Source: Spirochaetota bacterium
Lineage (GTDB): Bacteria; Spirochaetota; UBA12135; COTS27; CBDBHE01
Assembly: GCA_965205605.1 (NCBI GenBank)
Contig: CBDBHE010000007.1
Span: 678,917 to 742,916 of the forward strand
Reading direction: 5' to 3'
Length of the DNA: 64,000 bases
Both the position numbers and the translations under genes were made by a program. The notes beneath the pieces were generated by a model. The model was not told the origin of the DNA, did not search any database, and saw only the letters and a program-made list of their open reading frames with translations. This document shows positions 10,571 to 19,083 of the stretch, piece by piece (position 1 is the first letter of the stretch; each line of letters begins with the position of its first letter).

Positions 10571-11743
10571 TTATGAAACTAAAGAAACCACTTTACTAGC
10601 TGCTTCATCTAAACTGGTTGTGGCTGTGATAGGGACGCTTGATTTGGCAAATAATTCTTTTGCTAAATCAGCATTGGTCCCTTCTAAACGCACAACAATA
10701 GGAACGGTTAATTTTAAATTTTTAGCCGCACTAATAATACCACTGGCAACTCGATCACAACGGACAATCCCTCCAAAAATATTAATTAAAACAGCTTTAA
10801 CAGAGCTATCAGATAAAATAATTTTAAAAGCATTCTCAACAGTTTCAGCACTTGCTCCTCCTCCAATGTCTAAGAAGTTCGCCGGCTGGCCGCCTTTGAG
10901 CTTGATAATATCCATCGTTGCCATCGCTAGTCCGGCTCCATTAACCATACAACTAACATTTCCATCTAGTTTAATAAAATTGAGATGGTATTTATTAGCT
11001 TCTATCTCTGTAGGATCTTCTTCATCAAGGTCTCTTAAGCTGGCAATTTCTTTTTGGCGACTGAGAGCATTTTCATCAAAATTAAACTTAGCGTCTAAAG
11101 CAATCAGACCCCCTTGTTTGGTTAACACAAAAGGATTGATTTCTAAAAGACTGGTGTCATTGACTTTATAACACTGATAGATTTTGGAAAGAATCTTTAT
11201 AAAAGATTTTAACAATTTTTCTTCAAACCCCAGTTCAATGCCAAGGCGTCTTGATTGAAAACTTCGAAGCCCTATTTTTGGATCAACCCATTCTTTGATA
11301 ATTTTTTTAGGTGTGTTTTTTGCCACTTCTTCTATTTCCACTCCGCCTTCAGTAGAAACCATAATGACATTTTTTTCTTGCTCTCTGTCAAGAGTAATGG
11401 CTAAATAATATTCTTTATCAATATCAATCGCTTCTCCAATCATGATTTTTTTAACTAATTTTCCTTCTTTTCCTGTTTGAGGAGTCATGAGGTGCATCCC
11501 TAAAATTTCGTTTGCCTTTTCAAGAGCTATTTTTTCATTTTTACAAAACTTAACTCCCCCTCCTTTTCCTCTGCCACCGGCATGGATTTGAGCTTTGATC
11601 ACAAGGGAAGAAGTTTTAAATGCTTTACAAGCTTTTTTAATTAAACTTGCAATGTCTTCTTTTTTTTCAGTTGTGTATCCATCTTGAATGGGGACTTGAT
11701 ATTTTTTTAAAATATTTTTAGCTTGGTACTCGTGTATTTTCAA
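10571..11743 (-). CDS. sucC: Succinyl-CoA synthetase beta subunit
   Basis: (M)KIHEYQAK start at TTG 11743 with GAGG SD; KAQIHAGGRGKGGG, NGAGLAMATMD, NIFGGI. Confidence 0.97.
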   Translation of the reverse strand: MKIHEYQAKNILKKYQVPIQDGYTTEKKEDIASLIKKACKAFKTSSLVIKAQIHAGGRGKGGGVKFCKNEKIALEKANEILGMHLMTPQTGKEGKLVKKIMIGEAIDIDKEYYLAITLDREQEKNVIMVSTEGGVEIEEVAKNTPKKIIKEWVDPKIGLRSFQSRRLGIELGFEEKLLKSFIKILSKIYQCYKVNDTSLLEINPFVLTKQGGLIALDAKFNFDENALSRQKEIASLRDLDEEDPTEIEANKYHLNFIKLDGNVSCMVNGAGLAMATMDIIKLKGGQPANFLDIGGGASAETVENAFKIILSDSSVKAVLINIFGGIVRCDRVASGIISAAKNLKLTVPIVVRLEGTNADLAKELFAKSSVPITATTSLDEAASKVVSLVS

Positions 11744-12025
11744 ATTAATACCTCTTTTTTTAAGAATAAATTGATTCATTCCATTTTAAAATCATTTTAC
11801 TTAAAAAGAAATTATTTTTTGACAATAATTTACAAGTTTATATTTAAAAAAAAAATTAATGATTTTAATGAACTTATAGAAAGTGAAAAGTGTTATAGCT
11901 ATTTAAAACATGTTGAAGAACAAGCGTCATTTCTTCTTCATTTTTACATGTTTCTTTTTATTTTTATATACAATCCGTAGGGACCTCAGTTCCTATGATT
12001 TCCTCTTGCTCATAACCCCATAAGC

Positions 12026-13135
12026 TCATAAAGTAATAATATTAACAACATTGCCTTCATCATCGAGCTTTATAAGAACACTTGTTGGATACGTAGTTCC
12101 TTTTATGGTTTCACCTGAAATCAAAGTTCCGTGACTGACTTCGCCGTTTTCGTGAAATTTAACTTTAGTCAATTTAGCTGTAGTGCTTCCTTTAAAAGTT
12201 ACCATTTCCGCATTTGCACCGCTCCCTACTTGTAGGGTTTGATCTCCTGAGGCTAAATATCCTTGACGGACTTCGTCGTTTTCGTGAAAGTTAATAGTAG
12301 TGCCTCCTTTAAAAGTTATCATTTTTGCATTTGCACCGCTCCCTACTTGTAGGGTTTGATCTCCTGAAGCTAACGCTCCGTAATTGAAGGCACCGTTTTC
12401 GTAAAAATTAACGGTAGTGCCTCCTTTAAAAGTTATCATTTTTGCATTTGCACCGCTCCCTACTTGTAGGGTTTGATCTCCTGAAGCTAACGTTCCGTAA
12501 TTGAAGGCACCGTTTTCGTAAAAATTAACGGTAGTGCCTCCTTTAAAAGTTATCATTTTTGCATTTGCACCGCTCCCTACTTGTAGGGTTTGATCTCCTG
12601 AAGCTAACGTTCCGTAATTGAAGGCACCGTTTTCGTAAAAATTAACGGTAGTACCTCCTTTAAAAGTTACCATTTTTGCATCGCTCCCTATTTGTAGGGT
12701 TTGATCTGAGACTAACGTTCCGTAACTGACTTCGCCGTTTTTGTGAAATTTAACTCTAGTGCTTTCTTTAAAAGTTACCATTTTTGCACCGCTCCCTATT
12801 TGTAGGGTTTGATCTCCTGAGGCTAACGTTCCGTAATTGAAGGCACCGCTTTCGTGAAAGCTAACGGTAGTGCCTCCTTTAAAAAGGAGAGCATGCTTTA
12901 GCCCTATTATTTCTTGATCTCCGTCTAATGCTGCTCTCTTTATGCTTCCATCCGGGTGCCTAGTTGCACTAGAACTAGAAGAATAGGTAAGGTCTTCAGA
13001 TGGGGTTACTTCTTCTTTTATTACTTTCAGCAATTCTGTTATTCTCGGCTCCTCTGGCAATTGCAATTCCAATTCTCCACAAGAGATCAAAGTAATTAAA
13101 AAGGCGATACTAAAAAAAAAAGTTATTTTTTTCAT
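12026..13135 (-). CDS. Lipoprotein with ~7 tandem 39-aa (117-bp) repeats, MORN/YwqK-like FxENG turn
   Basis: Lipobox LISC at residue 19; repeat ASGDQTLQVGSGANAKMITFKGGTTVNFYENGAFNYGTL. Confidence 0.85.
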   Translation of the reverse strand: MKKITFFFSIAFLITLISCGELELQLPEEPRITELLKVIKEEVTPSEDLTYSSSSSATRHPDGSIKRAALDGDQEIIGLKHALLFKGGTTVSFHESGAFNYGTLASGDQTLQIGSGAKMVTFKESTRVKFHKNGEVSYGTLVSDQTLQIGSDAKMVTFKGGTTVNFYENGAFNYGTLASGDQTLQVGSGANAKMITFKGGTTVNFYENGAFNYGTLASGDQTLQVGSGANAKMITFKGGTTVNFYENGAFNYGALASGDQTLQVGSGANAKMITFKGGTTINFHENDEVRQGYLASGDQTLQVGSGANAEMVTFKGSTTAKLTKVKFHENGEVSHGTLISGETIKGTTYPTSVLIKLDDEGNVVNIITL

Positions 13136-13198
13136 GGTTTTTCTCTTTCACTATTTTATGAAATAATAAAAGCGTTTTAATAATTAATTATAGTATAA

Positions 13199-13236
13199 AA
13201 ATATTATAAATACTAAGAAATATTATAAATGCTAAG
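13199..13236. repeat. 19-bp direct tandem repeat in the upstream region of lipoprotein copy A only
   Basis: aaatattataaatactaag / aaatattataaatgctaag; copy B has a single unit. Confidence 0.75.
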
Positions 13237-13485
13237 TGTAAGGCTTGGTATTTAAATTTAATCTCTGTTGGAGCGTGATTATTTTTTAAATTTAAAAAAA
13301 AGGAAAATTTTTATCGATGACCACGCTGAGCATAATGTGCTCAGATTGATTGATTCCATTTTAAAAGCATTTTACTTAAAAAGAAATTATTTTTTGACAA
13401 CAATTTACAAGTTTCTTTTTATTTATTTATATACAATCCGTAGGATCCCCAGTTCCTATGATTTTCTCTTGCTCATAACATAAGC

Positions 13486-14326
13486 TCATAAAGTAATAAC
13501 ATTAACAACATTACCTTCATCATCAAGATTTATAAGAACACTTGTTGGATACGTAACTCCTTTTATGGTTTCATCTGGAACTAACGTTCCGTGACTGATT
13601 TCGCCGTTTTCGTGAAAAAAAACTCTAGTGTTTCCTTTAAAAGTTATCATTTCCGCATTTGCATCGCTCCCTACTTGTAGGGTTTGATCTCCTGAGGCTA
13701 ACGTTCCGTGACTGACTTCGCCGTTTTCGTGAAAATTAACTGCAGTGCTTTCTTCAAAAGTTACCATTTTTGCATTTGCACCGCTCCCTACTTGTAGGGT
13801 TTGATCTCCTGAGGCTAACGTTCCGTAACTGACTTCGCCGTTTTCGTGAAAAAAAACTATAGAGCTTCCTTTAAAGGTTATCATTTTTGCATTTGCACCG
13901 CTCCCTACTTGTAGCTAAGGTTTGATCTCCTGAGGCTAACGTTCCGTGACCGACTTCGCCGTTTTCGTGAAAGTTAACTATAGAGCTTCCTTTAAAGGTT
14001 ATCATTTTCGCATTTGCATCGCTCCCTATTTGTAGGGTTTGATCTCCTGAAGCTAACGTTCCGTGACTGACTTCGCCGTTTTCGTGAAAGTCAACTGTAG
14101 TGCCTCCTTTAAAAAGCAAAGCATGTTTTAGTCCTATTATTTCTTGATCTCCATCTAATTTTGTTCTCTTTATACTTCCATCCGGGTACCTAGTTGTACT
14201 AAAATAGCTAAGGTCTTCTGATGATGGGGTTACTTCTTTCATTAATTCCGGCTCCTCTGGCAATTTTCTACAAGAGATCAACGTAATTAAAAAGGTGATA
14301 CTAAAAAAAAAAGTTATTTTTTTCAT
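13486..14326 (-). pseudogene. Paralogous repeat lipoprotein (~5 repeats, ~278 aa if repaired), frameshifted
   Basis: ORFs 13871-14326 and 13486-13884 join if the 4-bp insertion ctaa at 13915-13918 (cttgtag-ctaa-ggtttgatc vs cttgtagggtttgatc in sister repeats) is removed. Confidence 0.85.
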
Positions 14327-14704
14327 GGTTTTTTTGTTTTACTATTTTATGAAACAATGAAAACGCTTTAATAATTAATTATATTATGAAAATACTATAA
14401 ATACTAAGTATAAAGCTTGGTATTTATATATTTAATCTCTGTTGGAGTGTGGTTATTTTTTAAATTAAAAAAAAGGAAAATTTTTATCAATGACCCGATT
14501 CATAGCCTCTTAGTGCTTTCTGGCAAGTGACTAAATAGCGTTATTAAAGAAGATGGCTTTAATTAGCATCAAGATAAATGTCAAAGTATTGACTTCTTAA
14601 ATTTTAATTTTTATCTTTTTTATGGCTTTAAACTTGTTAGTCATTGCCTATTTTTAGTAATCCTTTTATTTTACCTATTTTTTTGATAGTATAATTTTTT
14701 CATT

Positions 14705-14777
14705 GGGGATGTAGCTCAGTTGGGAGAGCGTCACAATGGCATTGTGAAGGTCGTCGGTTCGATCCCGATCATCTCCA
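14705..14777 (+). tRNA. tRNA-Ala(GGC)
   Basis: GGGGATG/CATCTCC stem with G3:U70; tcaca-atGGCat-tgtga with A32/U38; CCA not encoded. Confidence 0.96.
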
Positions 14778-14791
14778 TTGTTTTGTTTTTC

Positions 14792-16093
14792 CTAGAGTGC
14801 TTTAAGCATTCTTTCAAAAACAAGCTTAAACTTTCGTTTTATTGTTTTCAACCTAATCATAATCATCGGAAAAGAAATAAAAAAACTTTCATATTGAGAA
14901 GGGGGTAAATAAATCCCTGTTTGTAAACATGCTTTAAAAAATTTTTCATAAAGCTTGAGGTTTGATTTTAGGACTTCTTCGTAAAAAGTAGGTTTTTTAG
15001 AGGTAAAAAAAATGGTCATCATAGAGCCTATTCTTTGAATACTAGCGGGTATTTGGTATTGAGTGATGAGGCTTGTTAGGGTTTCTTCAAATTTAAAAGA
15101 CCAAGTATTGAGTCGAGCATAAAAGTCTTTTCTCCTTTCAATTTCTTCTAAACTAGCCAGTCCTGCTGCCATTGCAATAGGGTTTCCAGATAAAGTCCCT
15201 GCTTGGTAAATCCCTCCCTCAGGAGCAAGATCTTTGAAAAAACTAGCTTTGCCTCCATACGCTCCTACAGGAAAACCTCCCCCAATAATTTTTCCAAAAA
15301 CACTAAGATCGGCATTCACCTTATATAGTCCTCCCGCTCCTTTAGTACCCATTCTAAATCCAGTCATGACTTCGTCAAAAATTAGTAATGATTTATTTTG
15401 CTTACTGATTTTTCTCAGTCCTTCAAGAAATCCTTCCTTAGGTAAAACTACTCCCATGTTTCCAGCAATAGGTTCGACAATGATGGCTGCGATCGTTTGC
15501 TTATTTTTTTCAAAAAGAGCCTCAACACTTTTTAAATCATTAAAACGAGCGATTAGTGTATCTTTTGCATTGCCTTCTGTTACACCCAAGCTACTTGGTT
15601 TCCCAAGAGATAATGCCCCAGATCCTGCTTTAATCAGAAAAAAATCGGCATGCCCATGATAACAGCCTTCAAATTTAATGATTTTTTCTCTTTTTGTTAC
15701 ACCTCTTGCCAAACGAATGGCTGACATGGTGGCTTCAGTGCCTGAATTAACCATTCTTATTTTTTCAATAGAAGGCACCCACTGTTTGATTTTTTGAGCT
15801 AAAGCAATTTCTAGAGGACAGGTAGCTCCAAAAGTAGTGCCTTTTTTTAAAGCATTTTGGACTTCCTTGATGACTTTTTTATTTTGGTGCCCTAAAATAA
15901 GAGGGCCATACGATCCTACAAAATCAAGGTATCGATTACCATCGACGTCATAAATATAGGCTCCCTTTCCTTTTTTAATGATTAATGGACTGGCATTAAC
16001 ACTTTTAAAAGCTCTTACAGGAGAATTCACTCCCCCAGGAAGGACTTTTTTGGCTTCTTTAAAGAATTCTAAACTTTTTTTATGTTTCTTCAT
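14792..16093 (-). CDS. hemL: Glutamate-1-semialdehyde 2,1-aminomutase
   Basis: PGGVNSPVRAF, NSGTEATM, FEGCYHGH, FDEVMTGFR, GKIIGGG, GTLSGNP. Confidence 0.97.
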   Translation of the reverse strand: MKKHKKSLEFFKEAKKVLPGGVNSPVRAFKSVNASPLIIKKGKGAYIYDVDGNRYLDFVGSYGPLILGHQNKKVIKEVQNALKKGTTFGATCPLEIALAQKIKQWVPSIEKIRMVNSGTEATMSAIRLARGVTKREKIIKFEGCYHGHADFFLIKAGSGALSLGKPSSLGVTEGNAKDTLIARFNDLKSVEALFEKNKQTIAAIIVEPIAGNMGVVLPKEGFLEGLRKISKQNKSLLIFDEVMTGFRMGTKGAGGLYKVNADLSVFGKIIGGGFPVGAYGGKASFFKDLAPEGGIYQAGTLSGNPIAMAAGLASLEEIERRKDFYARLNTWSFKFEETLTSLITQYQIPASIQRIGSMMTIFFTSKKPTFYEEVLKSNLKLYEKFFKACLQTGIYLPPSQYESFFISFPMIMIRLKTIKRKFKLVFERMLKAL

Positions 16094-16126
16094 TTGTTTT
16101 TATCCTTTTTCAAGAAATGTTTTTTT

Positions 16127-17029
16127 TTATTTTAATTTTTTTTTAATCACCTCTACCATCAAAGGAACCTTTTCTCTAGCTTCTTCTATCTTAAAATCTG
16201 TATATAAAGGAATAATATTTTTTCTTTGTTCATCGCTTACCAAAGTTTTAAAATAAAGACGGTTTTTTTTGATATAAGCATACGCACTTAAAGGAGACTG
16301 GCAAGAGGCATTTAAAGCATTCATAAACATTCTTTCTGCTTTGGCACAAATTTCAGTTTTTTTGTCATTAATTTGTTTGAGATGTTGAAGCAATGTTTTG
16401 TTTTCTATAGGACATTCGATGGCAATGATCCCTTGCCCGGGGGCGGGAATAAAGTCGCTGGTTGAAAAAAAATGAATGTTGGCATAATGAAGTCCTAGTC
16501 TTTTAATCGCTGCATTTGCCATAACGATAGCGTGATAAGGTCCTCTTGGGTCTTTTAATTTTTTGATTCGAGTTTCGATGTTTCCTCGTATCGCCTTGAA
16601 AATAAACTTTTTTTTTAAATACTCTAAATTCATCATTCTTCTAGGGCTACTAGTGCCAATAATAGAGTGCTTAGAAAGCTCCTTAAAGGTTGTTTTTTCT
16701 TCTTTAATTAAAAGAATATCCCTTGGGTCTTCTCGTTTTAAATAAGCGGCAATGATGAGTCCTTTGGGTTGATCTTTTGGCATATCTTTTAAACTATGCA
16801 CCGCCAAATCACTTTCTTTTTTGATTAAAGAGGCTTCTAATTCTTTTACAAAAACACCTTCCCCTCTAAAATGCCAAAGAGGCTCTTTTGCTTCATCTCC
16901 TTTAGTTTTGATAGGAAGGATTTTTGTTTTGAGTTTAGAATCAAGAGTTTGTAAGAGTTTTTGTACTTGTTTAGCTTGCACTAAGGCTAAAGTGCTCTTT
17001 CTAGTGACGATGGTTATACAAGATTTCAT
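16127..17029 (-). CDS. hemC: Hydroxymethylbilane synthase
   Basis: TRKSTLALVQ, VHSLKD, REDPRD, GTSSPRR, RGNIETR, PAPGQG. Confidence 0.96.
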   Translation of the reverse strand: MKSCITIVTRKSTLALVQAKQVQKLLQTLDSKLKTKILPIKTKGDEAKEPLWHFRGEGVFVKELEASLIKKESDLAVHSLKDMPKDQPKGLIIAAYLKREDPRDILLIKEEKTTFKELSKHSIIGTSSPRRMMNLEYLKKKFIFKAIRGNIETRIKKLKDPRGPYHAIVMANAAIKRLGLHYANIHFFSTSDFIPAPGQGIIAIECPIENKTLLQHLKQINDKKTEICAKAERMFMNALNASCQSPLSAYAYIKKNRLYFKTLVSDEQRKNIIPLYTDFKIEEAREKVPLMVEVIKKKLK

Positions 17030-17062
17030 GAGTTAATTTTTTAGAAGAAACAAAAAAAAGAA

Positions 17063-18268
17063 TTAGGGTTTGTTTTTTTTAGGTAATGATTTTTGATTTA
17101 AGTTTTTAATAAATTGGTTTAAGATATCTTCAATAAGTTTTTGATTTTCTTGTGCAAGAAAATGCATTTTTTTTGAGAAAAAAGAAAGAGTTTTTTGTTT
17201 GATCAGCTGTAAATCTTGTGGATTGTTTTCTAAGTTTCGAAGACTTTTTTGTTTCCAATACCACTTAGAGTAGTCATTAAGATGTTCTAAAATAATTTCA
17301 CTTGCTTGAGCAAAATGATGGTGTCGATTTTTTTTATGACTATCAATAATAATTTTCAAATCATCGATAGAATATAAAATAAAATGATCAAAATCATTGA
17401 TGGTTGGATCAACATTTCTAGGGACCGATAAATCAATAATTAAGGTTGTTTTCACCCCGTAAGTTTTAATAAGAGGGTTTAAAACATCTTTTTTAATAAT
17501 AGGTGATTTGGAAGAAGTAGAAACAATGGTGACATCTGATTTGATAAGATATTGATGTTTTTCCTCGTAAGGGATCCAACTTCCGCTCACTTTTTTTGCT
17601 AAATCTTTTGCTTTTTTTTTAGAACGATTGGTAATCATGAGGTGTGCTTTTGTTCTTTTTTTTAAATGAGAAATCACATTTTTACCCACTTTACCAGCTC
17701 CAATAATTAAAATATTGTTTTTAGTATTAAGAGAATGAATTTTTTTTACAAGTTCTACGCAAATAGAGCCAATAGAAACATTTCCTTTATTAATACCAGT
17801 TTGAGCCCTGACTTGTTTTCCTACTTGGATGGCTGTTTGAAAAACTTTATTGAGAATGCTTTCTGTTGTTTTTTTTTCAAGGGCTTTAAAATAAGCTTTT
17901 TTAACTTGTCCTAAAATTTCGTTTTCTCCTAAAATCATCGAATCCATCCCACAAGCAACTTTATAAAGATGTTCGATGGCATTAAGACTACTTTTTTGAT
18001 AAATTTTTTCTTTTAAAGGGTGGATTTTTAATTTATGATGTTGTGTTAATACTTCGAGCATCTCTTTTAGTCCTTCTTTAGGTTGTTTTGAAACCCCATA
18101 ATATTCCACTCGATTACACGTGCATAAAATAACGATGCCTTTAAGTGATTTGGCATGAGTTTTAATTTGAGGTAAAACTTGGTTTAATTTCCCTTCTGAA
18201 AGAAAAAATTTTTCTCTTAATTCTAAAGGAGTGGTTTTATGATTAAGCCCAATAAGGAGAAGATCCAT
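17063..18268 (-). CDS. hemA: Glutamyl-tRNA reductase
   Basis: GLNHKTTP, TCNRVE, GMDSMILGENEILGQVK, GAGKVG, DLSVPRNV. Confidence 0.96.
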   Translation of the reverse strand: MDLLLIGLNHKTTPLELREKFFLSEGKLNQVLPQIKTHAKSLKGIVILCTCNRVEYYGVSKQPKEGLKEMLEVLTQHHKLKIHPLKEKIYQKSSLNAIEHLYKVACGMDSMILGENEILGQVKKAYFKALEKKTTESILNKVFQTAIQVGKQVRAQTGINKGNVSIGSICVELVKKIHSLNTKNNILIIGAGKVGKNVISHLKKRTKAHLMITNRSKKKAKDLAKKVSGSWIPYEEKHQYLIKSDVTIVSTSSKSPIIKKDVLNPLIKTYGVKTTLIIDLSVPRNVDPTINDFDHFILYSIDDLKIIIDSHKKNRHHHFAQASEIILEHLNDYSKWYWKQKSLRNLENNPQDLQLIKQKTLSFFSKKMHFLAQENQKLIEDILNQFIKNLNQKSLPKKNKP

Positions 18269-18269
18269 T

Positions 18270-19067
18270 TTAATTTTTAATTAAAGATAATGTAATAAGA
18301 ATGCTTAAAAATCCAAATGCGTATAGTTTTAGATAGGTTGTTTTTGAAGCCTTGTTGATTTTCTTTAAAAAAAGAAATGTGAAAAAAATCAAAATGGTAA
18401 TACTAGAAGTAATTAATTTGATAATAATAGGTTTTGAAAAGTTTTGCGTCATCGAAGAAAATTGATACCCTAGTAAAAATCCAACAGTTAATAATAGACA
18501 ACTAATAAAAATAAAAGTATTAATTTGTTTTTCTAGTAATTCTAAAGAAGGTAAGCGCTGAAATAAAAAAGAATCTTTTTTTTCTTTGATGTTTTTAAAT
18601 CGTTGGTTAAAAATAATCGTTAAAAGAAAACTATAGCAGATAAGGCCGTAAGCTAAAAGAGAAACTGAGATATGACCAATAATAATGAGTTGATGAGTAT
18701 GATAGGGGGTGTGAAGATTGGCAAAAGGAGGGTAGAGCTGTGCTTGAAGAAAAATAAAAGTAATGACGGGAAAAACAAAAATTCCCATAAAAAAATGTTG
18801 ACTAAAATAATTCATTAAAACAAAAATGGCATTTAAAGCCCACGATAAAAAAACAAGGGATTCATATAAATTTAAAAATGGGAGTCGTTGTCGATTGAGA
18901 CTAAAGACAACAAGATAAAAAGTAGATAATAGCATTGTGACAATGGCAAAAAAAGAAACAGTAAGACGAAGCTTTGTATTAGAATGAATGAAGTAAATAA
19001 TATTTAAAATACACACAAACATTAGCAAAGAAGCATAAATTGTTTTAAGGATACTTTCTAAAATCAT
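18270..19067 (-). CDS. HemX/CcsA-family cytochrome c assembly membrane protein
   Basis: PFLNLYESL, HISVSLLAY, RLPSLELLE; directly upstream of hemA as in hemX-hemA clusters. Confidence 0.8.
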   Translation of the reverse strand: MILESILKTIYASLLMFVCILNIIYFIHSNTKLRLTVSFFAIVTMLLSTFYLVVFSLNRQRLPFLNLYESLVFLSWALNAIFVLMNYFSQHFFMGIFVFPVITFIFLQAQLYPPFANLHTPYHTHQLIIIGHISVSLLAYGLICYSFLLTIIFNQRFKNIKEKKDSFLFQRLPSLELLEKQINTFIFISCLLLTVGFLLGYQFSSMTQNFSKPIIIKLITSSITILIFFTFLFLKKINKASKTTYLKLYAFGFLSILITLSLIKN

Positions 19068-19083
19068 TATTTTATAGAATCAA

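Larger units (their letters stand above)
11770..14495. repeat. Diverged tandem duplication: unit A 11770-13322, unit B 13345-14495, each a lipoprotein gene plus both flanks
   Basis: Flanks align: attgatt(c/g)attccattttaaaa...ttgacaa at 11770 and 13345; ...aggaaaatttttatc(g/a)atgacc ending at 13322 and 14495. Confidence 0.9.

Noticed and set aside
12180-12890. 117-bp periodic repeats as a second CRISPR-like array
   Set aside because: The period is a multiple of 3, the ORF is open throughout with a lipoprotein signal, and there are no unique spacers
11723-13483. Similar small ORFs 11723-11980 and 13268-13483 (shared SILKxFYLKRNYFLT)
   Set aside because: Similarity comes from the duplicated intergenic DNA; starts and lengths differ and there is no coding signal
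12026-14326. Diversity-generating retroelement (TR/VR) explanation for the near-identical repeats
   Set aside because: No reverse transcriptase in the window; the repeats are in-frame tandem coding units; differences include indels and are not evidently adenine-restricted
11770-14777. Integrative element or integron at tRNA-Ala
   Set aside because: No integrase, no duplicated tRNA 3' end, no attC consensus, and the lipoprotein locus lies upstream of the tRNA 5' end
14720-14908. 62-aa ORF
   Set aside because: Overlaps tRNA-Ala and the hemL 3' end; spurious
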